Positions 1 through 11,058 of a stretch of 64,000 nucleotides of DNA are shown here, piece by piece. Every line of letters starts with the position of its first letter. Within the stretch, counting starts at the first letter, position 1. The notes under the pieces were generated by a model. The model had not been told where the DNA came from and did not search any database. It saw only the letters and a program-made list of their open reading frames with translations. A program made the position numbers and the translations under genes. This DNA is from Podarcis erhardii. Taxonomy: Eukaryota. The stretch lies in the NCBI GenBank assembly GCA_964252035.1, contig OZ176204.1; one strand, given 5' to 3'.

Positions 1-989
1 CATTGGTGCAAACATTTCAATGTACCATAATTAGCTAAGAGTGGGAGCATGTCTGCTAATAGCACACTCCTATTAACCATGCATAAAAGAATCAGCAATT
101 TTATGTTAGCGGTGGCCTCTTTTTCTTGCCATGCAAACCCATTTCTGTGCGTGGCAAGCTTTTGGGATGAATCAGTTAAATTATTCCAGGATTAGTTCAT
201 TGTAGAGTAATGATGCTGGCATACAATAAAACAAACTAAAGTGCACTTTAAGCAGATAACACAAAGGGCCACAGGTAGAGCTCCTCTAGGAGTAGATTAG
301 GAGATGAACCATATAGTTAAGAGTAAACGATTATGTACTTCTAGAATTGTTTAAGAAAACATGGCAAAAATCTGCTTCACAAAAGTTTATTTTGCAATAC
401 ATTCTATCAGAACTGTTCGTTTTTCCAGTATTGTAGAAAAAATAGATGTTCCAGCCACCATTTGCTGAATTAATTTAAGAGCAAATCAATTGTTCCCCTG
501 GAAAAAGATGAATACATCTTATGATCAAACTAAATTCTTAGATTCTTTAAAACAAAGAAAAAAACTTTTTTCTCCCAGCAGCAGCCAAAATAGGGTTCCA
601 GCAGCTTAATGACCCATTCTATAAAGCTTTGTATAAACCAGTGATTTCACTATAAAAGCACTGTCATTAAAACAAAGGAGTGGCAGGCAGGCATCAATGC
701 AAAACATGGAATGATTAGGTCAAACATATGGCACTTCCAAAATAGTAGCTTATTTTAGCAAACCTCCACAGAAAGGTTGTTACTTGTTCTGTCCCAACTA
801 TAGCTCCAGAGAAAAGAAAACTGAAGAATTTCCCTTGTGAACACAAGTTTATAAAACAGTCAGAAGGTATTTGTTCCCCAAAACAAGTGCATCTCTTAAA
901 AAATAAATGAACTGTGCTAAGCAACTCTTACTATAGAATATATACATATATATTCCCTTAAACATCTACAGCTGCAAGAGTTTGTTCAT
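1..989 (-). other. PDCD4: PDCD4 3' UTR (probably continues beyond left edge)
   Basis: Directly follows the TGA stop at 990-992; AT-rich; contains the miR-21 seed match with downstream context (AAGTGCCAT...CTAATCATTCCA...TTTTGCATTGATG) resembling the mammalian PDCD4 3'UTR as I recall it. The poly(A) site was not located. Confidence 0.75.
746..753 (-). promoter_or_regulatory. miR-21 8mer target site (ATAAGCTA on the mRNA)
   Basis: Plus strand TAGCTTAT at 746-753 equals miR-21 nt 1-8; about 240 nt after the stop. PDCD4 is the canonical miR-21 target. Confidence 0.85.
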
Positions 990-1050
990 TCAGTAGCTTT
1001 CAGCTTTCAGGCGGCCTCCATCTCCTTCACTTACAAAGCGCTTCCTTCCC
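990..1050 (-). CDS. PDCD4: PDCD4 exon 12 (last coding exon; GRKRFVSEGDGGRLKAESY*)
   Basis: Acceptor ttttag at 1052-1051; 61 nt ending in TGA; RGRKRFVS Akt-type site; phase matches exon 11. Confidence 0.97.
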
Positions 1051-2005
1051 CTAAAATTAAATATACAATTAGCTTTCAGTATATCCCTTAAACTTGGCCA
1101 TATGAAGAGGAGGGCAGAAAGTTAATTTGCAATAAAAAATTGTAAATCACCCTCAAAGCAGTGTGGTTAGTTATATGTATGCAAATTATAGAAACTTGCA
1201 TTTGCTCTGTTCTATTCGAATTCTGATGGGGGCAGGGGAGGAAAGTTTGGAGCATTAAAGTGCAAGACCCAAAGCCAGGAATCTACAAAGGAGAACCGTA
1301 CTCTGACATTTAAGAATAGATTGAGATTCCAGAATCGGCTCACTTAATATCCTAGTTTTGGCGAGGGTTATGCTTCAAAATCATTTATTCTGCAGGAATC
1401 TAAGAATTCTTCAACAGGGTTATAATAAGTTACGAAAATTTATAAATAATATAAATAATTTATAAATAAATAAATTAATTTATAAATAATAACCAGTTTC
1501 CTCTGACCCCAATCATCCTAGCAGAAGTGGAAAGAAATTAAAAGCAGCTACAGCACAGAAGATTGGCGATATCTGAGAAAGCACAATGTAGCAACAGGAA
1601 GACACAAGTGAAATATCCATGTAGTCTTACTCTCTCATATTTATATGCTGTTTTTCTTCAGTTGTAGAACCCAATGTGGCAAACACGTAGTTCCCAGGTG
1701 GTCACCCATTCAGGAACTGACTAGAACCACACCTAATTCACTTCAACAAGGTGATTGGCCTCTTGGGCCTTCAAACCACATGCTTGGATTTAGAATGGAA
1801 GTTTGGATCAGAGATTCCAAGCTATTCTACCCCTTTAGCCATCACCAGTCCTAAGACAGCCTGTACTACCATGCAAGAAAAAAAAAAAATAAGTTGCCAA
1901 TCTGACTTGATTAAATTCTGTTGACAAACTAGCTAGGTTTTGCACCCCTTGGACTTAATTTGCTGCACAGCTACCTCTCTGACACAGTGATCCTTAAGTA
2001 TGTAC

Positions 2006-2145
2006 CTGGAAGGACAGAGGTCTCTCATTGGTTTGGAAATTATTCCTGCTCTAAAGCATTCCTCTACAAACCGCTCAAGCACAGAGTATGAATGTGGCAC
2101 ATCAAGATTAATGTCCGGGATTTCACGGTAAATTCGTTCATAGCC
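2006..2145 (-). CDS. PDCD4: PDCD4 exon 11 (GYERIYREIPDINLDVPHSYSVLERFVEECFRAGIISKPMRDLCPSR; end of MA3 domain 2)
   Basis: 140 nt, ttgcag acceptor and AG|gtacat donor; translation matches PDCD4. Confidence 0.97.
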
Positions 2146-2995
2146 CTGCAACATCAAAATTAGAATAAAATTCATTATCTCAGGAATTTTCAGTATGAAT
2201 TAAGTAAACTTTAAGTAAAATGTTTCTATCTAAATGGGTATGTTACCTTTAACTTTCACTTAAATATATATAATTATATATCTTTTATATCTGTTGCCAG
2301 ACTTCATACTAATTTAGTCCCCAATATCTACAGTTAAAATATTAGCAGCGGCAGACCTATATTTTTGGGGACCTGGAGCTTAAACTGTGATGGGGGCCCT
2401 TACGCAACCAGCAATGAAGTCTGGGTAATCACTGTTGCCTTCTTCAATTGGGTTGTTCCGTGACAATTCATCACCATCATCATAACTACTACTTCTCACA
2501 TTTTGAATAAAATTGCTGTACTGAATTATCTCACATGTCTAAGTCACTGGTGTGAATAAAAAAAATCCTATGCCTTATAGTTTTCAAGTTATGGGAGATG
2601 AAAATTAGGGAAATGTTATATACATGCATGATGCATCATAGAATGATTTGAGTTGTGTGACTCAAATTCGGTCTACAAAACCCAAAAATTTAAAGCATTG
2701 TTGACTAAAGTGTCTTCTAGTAGATCTGCCCCTGAATATTAGGTAGCAGGTGACAACTTAACAGACTACCAATCTGACTTTGTACAAGACAGATTTCTAC
2801 ATTCTTCCTAGATTTTCTTTTTAAAAATATCGTTGAAAACCCTCAAATTCTGTAACGAAGTCAGAATTTGTGCTCCCTGATCTAATTCTAGGGCTGTTCA
2901 TTTAATGTTAATAAACAAAAATAAATGCAACCCAATCTTCTCAGCTATAAGGATATTTAACAGGAAATGCTTGGAAATCTGTTAGGCACACTTAC

Positions 2996-3106
2996 TCTTT
3001 TCATTTGGTCCATAGTAATGACAGCAGACCTCCAGAGGGATTTCAACAAATTAAGCATCATTTGAAAGTTTGTTTCTCCAGTTGATTCCAAAACCATCAC
3101 AACTGC
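2996..3106 (-). CDS. PDCD4: PDCD4 exon 10 (AVVMVLESTGETNFQMMLNLLKSLWRSAVITMDQMKR)
   Basis: 111 nt, ttttag acceptor and AGA|gtaagt donor; MA3 domain 2. Confidence 0.96.
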
Positions 3107-3776
3107 CTAAAATGTAAAATCAAATGAACTGAATGTTCAGGTAGAAATGGTGGGAAAGTACATATTTTAAGCAAGTAACAAACATAACTATACTGCAGAG
3201 GGAAAAGGATATTATGGAAAGCACAAAAACAAGCTTGAGAAGAGAAAATCTCTCATAATCAATAGTGTGAAAGGCATCTAGAGATTTCAAGGAATTTGAT
3301 ACTATGCATTCCTATACTTTGCTGTTCAGGTCCATTTTTGGTAATCCCACAAAGTGTAATAGAGAACATGCTTTTGAAGCCAGTAAAAAGTATAAAAGGA
3401 AGCCAAAGGTGATATGAAAACATTCTCTTTTGAAATGAACAATAATATGCAGTATTGATATTCCCTTCATTGAAAATGAAGTAAGAGGTAGTCAATGAAT
3501 TACTTAAGAAGGAACTTCAGTCTTTTTATTTACCAGGCATTTTATTAGGGAAATAAACTAGTATAAAAGGTACAGGTTATGCAGGCTACTGTAGGAAGGA
3601 TCTTTCTCAGCTTACAAGCAAGTGTAAAATAGTACCACCAAAGAGAAACTCTCAATAAAGCTCCTTCAACATAAAAATCATTATGCTTGTTAAAGTTTGT
3701 AACTTCAGAACTAAACTTACAATGACAGTTATAATACTATGTTGTAAAAAAAAATAATGTTTCAATCCTGCCTTAC

Positions 3777-3884
3777 TTCATATACAAGTTCATGGTGAAA
3801 ATGTGGTACTTCTAACTCCTGGAGACAACGTTCTGCTTCAGAAACATCTCCTGAAAGAAGGTATTCTTTCAACAGCATATCAAT
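3777..3884 (-). CDS. PDCD4: PDCD4 exon 9 ([36 protein letters not shown])
   Basis: 108 nt, tactag acceptor and GAA|gtaagg donor; start of MA3 domain 2. Confidence 0.97.
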
Positions 3885-4611
3885 CTAGTAGATTAAAAAT
3901 ACAAAAATGTATAAGACCAGATGTTAAAAAGCTTACAATTCTGAAATCTACAATGTATTTCAATTTATAAATTAAATGTTTACTGATGAGCACCCTCTAT
4001 GGCACAGTGGTCAATGCTTTTTTTTGATAAATACAAAAAAATATATGAATTCATTATATAATGCAGGCATGATCCCAAAAGATAAATTATGTATTAATTA
4101 TTGTAAATGAGATATAAATGAAATGGAAATGAAATATTGTTCAGTACATATGTAATCATGAATGAATAATCATGAATTTAATAATATACAATGCATTAGT
4201 AAATTACTAGAGGAAAAAACAAAGAGGCATCAGTTGCTTTGTCCAGTAGTTTACCCTACGTCTCTTCCTACTTGCACTCTCACTTTATGTGGCAGAACAG
4301 AGGATACCACTCAGTGGGGCCACTCAGAAAGTATGCAAGAAGAACAGCCAGTGGTAGCAGAATACCACCGAAAGACAGCTTGTGAGCAAGTTGAGACGAC
4401 GTGGCAAAGGCACTGGGCAGCAGTTGCTCCCACCTCTGCCTTGTTCGCTTTATATTGGTGCAGCAAGAAACATTAGGCCTGCTTGGAGGTGCAGGAGGAG
4501 AGTGGGAAGACCAAAAGCATGTTGTCAAGGGGCCCCTTGTAACACTGAACCAGTCCTGTTAACTGGATATAAAAGTTAACCACTAATGAACAGCTGAACT
4601 TAATTACCTAC

Positions 4612-4726
4612 CTCTTTAACAAGATGTTTTACAGACTGCTGCCCACCTCCTGATCCCCACACATTGTCAATGCGTTTTCCACCTTTGGTCATACTCAGCA
4701 ATACAGTAGCTCGATCCAGAGCAGCC
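4612..4726 (-). CDS. PDCD4: PDCD4 exon 8 (AALDRATVLLSMTKGGKRIDNVWGSGGGQQSVKHLVKE)
   Basis: 115 nt, ctttctcttcacag acceptor and GAG|gtaggt donor. Confidence 0.97.
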
Positions 4727-5574
4727 CTGTGAAGAGAAAGGAGAGTTGTAAATAAAAGCAAACATATTTAAGAATCTTTACATTCACCATTAAGCCTTTA
4801 AACTACACTGTAGAAATCTGCATTAACAATGAGATGCAAGATTTATACACCAAGACTGCTATTGTAACAAAGTGACCTAATATTTATGGGGTCCGGTAAC
4901 TTGTGTTCAGCATTAACTTAGGTCAAAAAGCTGTAGCTTGTTCACTACAAATCATCAATCAAATTCAAATTATTTTTCAAAGTTTTACACAGTGAATATA
5001 ACAGTCACATTAGTTTATTTCCCAAAATAATCCTGCAGCAGGGAACTATTATTAGCTACTATTTAAGATATGATACATGTTTCTTGATTGAAAGGACACT
5101 ACCTGCATGATGCTTCCTTGGTGAATTTTCTTTAAAAATATAGTCCATGACATAGAGTACCCTATATCCATCATACCCAGATGTTTGAGATAATTGCTTC
5201 TGTTTCTTCTATCTAAGGCTCTAGCACCTCAATATTCTAACACTTTTAGAACTGATGCCCTAAACATCCAAACTTAGCAGCTGCTGATTATTCCTTAAAT
5301 TTCCATTATTTGTCTAAAGCTTTTCTCTGAATTCTGTACTTTTAGCCATTCACTGCCTTTAGGTATTAAATATTCCACAAGCTATGCAATGGAAGGAGGC
5401 AGCAGAAACATTATATCTTTATAACTTTGCAAGAAAGAGTATAAACCCCAATCTTTGATGTTTTTATTTCTTAAAAAATAATAGGTAAGCCTTCTTTAAC
5501 CTGGCAAATACAAAATTTTTACTGGATTATCACCTTTAATTGCGAACCCCAGCTATGAAGGGCAATGCACTTAC

Positions 5575-5672
5575 CGAGCCTGGACACAGTCCACAGTGCC
5601 TTTGTAACCATCTATGTAACTATTGCAAAGAATCCCATCTCCGACTGCTCTTGCAATAAATTGACCCACCAA
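5575..5672 (-). CDS. PDCD4: PDCD4 exon 7 (LVGQFIARAVGDGILCNSYIDGYKGTVDCVQAR)
   Basis: 98 nt, ggcag acceptor and CG|gtaagt donor. Confidence 0.97.
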
Positions 5673-6184
5673 CTGCCATGAAAAAGAAATATGTCTTACA
5701 GATTAAATTTGAGATAGACAGGGTTTCTTTGATCAGTCACAATGTCACACGAAGCAGTAGTACACCCCCAAAATGGGAGAAGGAAGCCATACCCAAGCAC
5801 CCCTGCTGTTTCCCTCTTGGGGTGGTTCAAGCAGCAGTACAGGCAGTGCTGCTACTTCAGCTGCCTACATTTCTTAATTTTACATAAACAGATGAGCCAA
5901 TTACATGCAGCTACAAATGCAATAAATAAGAATATATTGGCACAATACATAAAAGATAATACAATACATTGGGTGGTAGCAGGGAAGACAAGGAGTTCTA
6001 GGACACAGAAAGTTAAGGTACATTGTGCTGTGATGGAATTTGCATATAAATTCTAATGATTTAGCCATTAGGGGTATCAAAACTTTAGATAAAGATTTTA
6101 TTGTGTACCTTTATGCCATAAAAGTACTTTAATAAATGTGAGCAACAGATGTTACCACAGAAACAAATTATAATTAATAATAGG

Positions 6185-6319
6185 CAAGGCTTTTTTCAAC
6201 CAGAACTCACAGCAACTCAGTTCCGTCACCTCTCAAATGGATGTCATTGCCATTTTAAGAGAACAAGGGAGACGTTCATGGTGAGTTCTGGCACCTCTTT
6301 TTCTAGAAAAATAGCACTG
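6185..6319. mobile_element. 135-bp hAT-type MITE
   Basis: Imperfect TIRs caaggctttttt / aaaaatagcactg flanked by identical 8-bp TSD ATAATAGG (6177-6184 and 6320-6327). Confidence 0.85.
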
Positions 6320-6341
6320 ATAATAGGTATTTTAAACAAAC

Positions 6342-6563
6342 CTGTGGTGCTCTGGGAGTGTCCAATACCAATTCTGGCATCTCTCTGAGAAGCCTATCAA
6401 ATGATTTTTCAACGTCTTGTTTGCCAACTACTGTCCCACACAGGTCAGCAAGAAGTTTAGATGTCATTTCTCTGTGACTGGCCTTTCCCTCCAGAGCCAA
6501 TGATACAGCCAACACTGGTACACTGTATTTCATTTCACCAAGATTGAGGTCCTTCAGCATCTC
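6342..6563 (-). CDS. PDCD4: PDCD4 exon 6 (EMLKDLNLGEMKYSVPVLAVSLALEGKASHREMTSKLLADLCG...LDTPRAPQ; MA3 domain 1)
   Basis: 222 nt, atttag acceptor and CAG|gtttgt donor. Confidence 0.97.
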
Positions 6564-7249
6564 CTAAATATGTGGAAAGTAAAATAAGCAGTCATTTTTA
6601 GTTCAAGTGCACATGAGTTTTATAGTAGAGATGAGAGGGGGAAAAAACAAGCAAGGAAGAATGTCTCTCTTATGGAACCAGTATAGTAAGAGAAATTCTC
6701 TAACTAATGTGTTTGCAAGTTAAGTAAACTCCTTTGACATAAGGGACAATTGTCCAATTACCGTATGTCAGAGGAGATCCACTGAAATCAATGGATGAAA
6801 GTTACTTAAATCAATTGAGTTCAATGGAACTACTGTGAATATGACTTATTTGGGAATCACTCAGGAGCAATTTTAATTCTTACTATATTTTTGTGGAAGT
6901 AGCAGGAGAGAGGAGTTCAATCTAAATATGTGGATTTTAAAAAAAGGTACCATTTCTACCTATAAAATTTACCAGTCTTTACCATGAGTGTCAACTTTCT
7001 TAGGGTTTTAGTCTTGTTTTAAATACACTGGTTTGCTTTTGTGTTTTTAACTGTTTTTATCCGATGTGTAAGGTGCCTTGAGACTGTTGTTTAGAAGGCA
7101 ATTAATGAATCAGTGATAATAATAAATAAAAATTATTACTAGATGCCATCAAACTAATCTGCAACCAACAGACCCACATTTCATAATCTAATAAAAGTCT
7201 GTGTTTATGCCACTAATTATTATAAAAGACAGAAATTGTAAAAGTAACA

Positions 7250-8441
7250 TTATTATTATTATTATGTTGTTGTTGTTGTTGTTATTTATTTGTACCCCGC
7301 CCATCTCTGGGCGGCTTCCAAAAATAATATTAAAATACTCTAATACATCAAACATTAAAAGCTTCCCTGAACAGGGCTGCCTTCAGATGCCTTCTAAAAG
7401 TCTGGTAGCTGTTGTTCTCTTTGACATCTGGTGGGAGGGTGTTCCACAGGGAGGGCGCCACTACCGAGAAGGCCCTCTGCCTGGTTCCCTGTAACTTGGC
7501 TTCTTGCAGTGAGGGAACCGCCAAAAGGCCCTCGGCGCTGGACCTCAGTGTCCGGGTAGAACGATGGGGGTGGAGACGCTCCTTCAGGTATACAGGACCG
7601 AGGCCGTTTAGGGCTTTAAAGGTCAGACCAATACTTTGAATTGTGCCCCGAAACGTACTGGGAGCCAATGTAGGTCTTTTAAGACCGGTGTTATGTGGTC
7701 TCGGCGGCCGCTCCCAGTCACCAGTCTAGCTGCCGCGTTCTGGATTAGTTGTAGTTTCTGGGTCACCTTCAAAGGTAGCCCCATGTAGAGCGCATTGCAG
7801 TAGTCCAAGCAGGAGATAACCAGAGCATGCACCACTCTGGCAAGGCAGTCTGCAGGCAGATAGGGTCTCAGCCTGCGTACCAGATGGAGCTGGTAAACAG
7901 CTGCCCTGGACACAGATTTGACCTGTGCCTCCATGGACAGCTGCGAGTCCAAAATGACTCCCAGGCTGCGCACCTGGTCCTTCAGGGGCACAGTTACCCC
8001 ATTCAGGACCAGGGAATCCTCCACACCTGCCCGCCTCCTGTCCCCCAAGAACAGTACGTCTGTCTTGTCAGAATTCAACCTCAATCTGTTAGCCGCGATC
8101 CAACCTCCAACCACCTCCAGGCACTCACACAGGACCTTCACCGCCTTCACTGGTTCTGATTTGAAAGAGAGGTAGAGCTGGGTATCATCCGCATACTGAT
8201 GAACACCCAGCCCAAACCCCCTGGTGATCACTCCCAGCGGCTGCATGTAGATGTTGAAAAGCATGGGGGAGAGGACAGAACCCTGAGGCACCCCACAAGT
8301 GAGAGCCCAGGGGTCTGAACACTCATCCACCACCACCACTTTCTGAACACGGCCCAGGAGAAAGGAGCGGAACCACTGTATGACAGTGCCCCCAGCTCCC
8401 AGCCCCTCAAGACGGTCCAGAAGGATTTTATGGTTGATGGT
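7250..8441 (-). mobile_element. 5'-truncated L2-clade LINE (RT C-terminal half plus 3' tail) in PDCD4 intron 5
   Basis: Translation gives GVPQGSVLSPMLFNIYM, QYADDTQLY, LDYCNALYMGLP, NAAARL, HITPVLKDLHWLPV; frameshift near 7625; ends in an (AAC)n/(AAT)n tail at 7250-7290. Confidence 0.93.
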
Positions 8442-8532
8442 TAAGGACCTAAGTACCCCACTCTTGAAAGAACTATTTTAAATCTCATTAATCACTGCTT
8501 GTAATTTCCAAAATATAAGCCATGAGACATAC

Positions 8533-8646
8533 CGCAACTTCATTAGTATCCCCATGTTCAAAATATTCCTGGATTATTGGAGTTAGCGTTTTCTCAAATG
8601 CTCTTTCTTCCAAAGGTGGAACTACTGTTTCATAGACACAGTTATC
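8533..8646 (-). CDS. PDCD4: PDCD4 exon 5 (DNCVYETVVPPLEERAFEKTLTPIIQEYFEHGDTNEVA)
   Basis: 114 nt, aagcag acceptor and GCG|gtatgt donor. Confidence 0.97.
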
Positions 8647-9286
8647 CTGCTTTAAACAAAGATGCAACAAATTTAATAAAACGAAATTTATATTGGGGAG
8701 GCTCAGAACAATTCAGTTTTAGAACATAGTTCCCCATAAATTTTCACAGGCTTTCCATTCATAATCCCTTTAATACTGTCAGTCAGGCTTCTATGAGTAA
8801 TGGCTTTGTTCTCTTCAGTTGCTGCCATCAGTTTCAACTACTCTATAACACCAAGAAGGAAGAGGCAAGCTGTTGAACTAATCCAAAAATGGAGAAATGC
8901 AGCTATAGCTGAAGATTGATATGAAAAACAGCTCACAGTGTGTTCTTCAGCCACACTTCAATTCCACCTTCACAATTTATCTGTCAGGTGAGCAGAACAG
9001 CACAGCAAATGCTGCTTCAAACCCCTATGTTTTGCTCCTTCCTGGTCGCTGATTCTATCACTGGTCCACTGCTGTTTTCTCCTCCTCTAGGAGCTGTTAA
9101 CTAAGCACAGAATTAAATGTCTGTGGCTAAATAGAGTTGAGATGGACTTTATGCCCAATTTCTGTTTTTATCAAGACTAGAAACAGTCAGTGAAAAACAC
9201 AGACTACTTACATCATCAGTTTTTGATGAAATAACTGTTCAGGGGTGGGGCACTCATCAGATGAGGAAACTAACCATTTTCCTTAC

Positions 9287-9381
9287 CTGAGCATCATCAT
9301 AGTTGGGATCTTTAATGTCTACTTCCTCCAAATCATACACTTGCCCAGGTGTTCCCCAAACACCTTTGCCTCCTGATCCAC
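9287..9381 (-). CDS. PDCD4: PDCD4 exon 4 (GSGGKGVWGTPGQVYDLEEVDIKDPNYDDAQ)
   Basis: 95 nt, ttttttcag acceptor and CAG|gtaagg donor. Confidence 0.97.
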
Positions 9382-9889
9382 CTGAAAAAAAGTTTAACAG
9401 CAAAGATGAGAACCAGATTACAAGTCAGTGTTATTTTTTGTCTTATTACTGCACTCTAACCTTTCATAGAAATCTAGTTTTCAAATTCACATGAAAGGCT
9501 CACAGAAGCTGAACAGCAAAGCTGACACTGTTCACTATCTTCCTAATATGAACAAGACAGGAGGCAATCATTTTTAATCAGGCTAAATAGAACAGCATAA
9601 GCTATCTGCAGCAGTCATTATCAAGTCTCCAAGTATTTGTGTTTGTTTTATTTAATTAACAATGTTCATATTAAAATTATGAACCTTAAAATTTCAGCGT
9701 TCTAAATTAGAAAAGTATTATACATGCAGATATAAACTATGCAGATCTCTACTGTGTCTATATTCTTGTTGCTATCAAATTAATGTAAAACAAAACATTT
9801 AGGAATAAGTACAAAATGAAGCTCAATCTAAACCTAGATAAACTCTCAATAGGTTATTTCTGTTTGCTGTAAATTCAAAACACACCCAC

Positions 9890-10189
9890 CTTTCTTGGGT
9901 AGACCCCTTCCCTTTCCTGAACGAGATCGCCTATCCAGATGCTTTCCCTTTGGACTTGTTGGTACTGTGACTCCATTCTTCAGTGCTTCCCCATTATCAC
10001 CCACTGAATCTCCTCTTCCAGAGTCTCTAGAAGAGTTTTTTCTCAGTCTCCTCTTTGCTCTGGCATTGATCTTAGCTTCATTAATAGACGTTACAGTGTT
10101 CCAGTTACCATTGATTTCAGGTTTTATTTCCTCAGTTCCACCATTTTCTTCATCACCGGAAAATGGAGTATCACTCAGATTATCCAGTT
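9890..10189 (-). CDS. PDCD4: PDCD4 exon 3 (ELDNLSDTPFSGDEE...KRRLRKNSSRDSGRGDS...RSRSGKGRGLPKK)
   Basis: 300 nt, phase 1/1, tttttgag acceptor and AAG|gtgggt donor; carries the S6K1 site RRLRKNSS and the beta-TrCP degron DSGRGDS. Confidence 0.96.
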
Positions 10190-11015
10190 CTCAAAAACAG
10201 AAAGATACAGGAAGGTTTAGCTATTGGCAAGTAATTTGGTAAAAGTTCCAACACCATTCTAAGCATCATGCAAAAAAAAAAGGTTTTTAACAAACCTTGA
10301 CAGATTTAGTTCTTGCAGCTCTCCTACAAAAGTGACAAACTAATTATTGAGTGAGAACAGGAAGAAATGTTTCAGGGGCATTTGGTGGAGGAGGAAGAAT
10401 CAGTTGACAAAAGCTAACATGGTATTATAATCACAGTGGGATATATCACAACAAAATTGTAGTTTACCTATTGAAAATTATATTCATGAAGGGTTTGTTT
10501 AATGATGTGGCTGAAGTACAGCCCCACTTATATATTTGTAAGCCACATTCATATGTATAACAGTGGACAGCTTATGACATATCTTTTTCATCAAGCCTAC
10601 AGGTGTCTGTGTCTTAAATGTATTTTTGTGTTTCTTGTGCTTGCAGTGCTATACAGATGCGAGATTTATACAAAAGCTTTGATTTTTAAATTGTTTTGTT
10701 TATTCACTGTGATTTGAACAATTACTATACAAATATGGAAAGGTGGAATATATATTTTTAATAAAGACATTAGAATTTTTTTTTTTGGGGGGGGGCTTGA
10801 TTATTGTACAGTAGTTACTTTACACAGGAATATGTATTTTCCAAAAGTTAACAAACCCAGTAGCATATCTCAGAGCTTAAATAAGTAAAGGTATTAGGAA
10901 CAATTTTCTCAATTTAAAAAACTTTGTTTAGTTATGTGTTCCATTTTATAATGGAGATGCATTTTGCAGCGTTTCAAGCATCAAAGACCGCAAATGAATT
11001 GGGCTGATTCCTTAC

Positions 11016-11058
11016 CTGTCAAGTTAATGTTGTATGTCTGCTCATTTCCTATTTCCAT
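11016..11058 (-). CDS. PDCD4: PDCD4 exon 2 coding part (MEIGNEQTYNINLT); exon probably 11016-11074
   Basis: ATG at 11058-11056; 43 coding nt then ACAG|gtaagg donor; acceptor tttggttcag at 11076-11075; phase joins exon 3. Confidence 0.9.

Noticed and set aside
1-700. BBIP1 last exon (neighbour of PDCD4 in other amniotes)
   Set aside because: No BBIP1-like peptide (KPKLLPLKS...) seen on the plus strand; if present it lies left of the window.
1430-1492. Extremely AT-rich block in PDCD4 intron 11
   Set aside because: Degenerate (TAAA)n slippage repeat with no further structure.
7827-8175. Plus-strand ORFs inside the L2
   Set aside because: Antisense shadows of the reverse-transcriptase frame.
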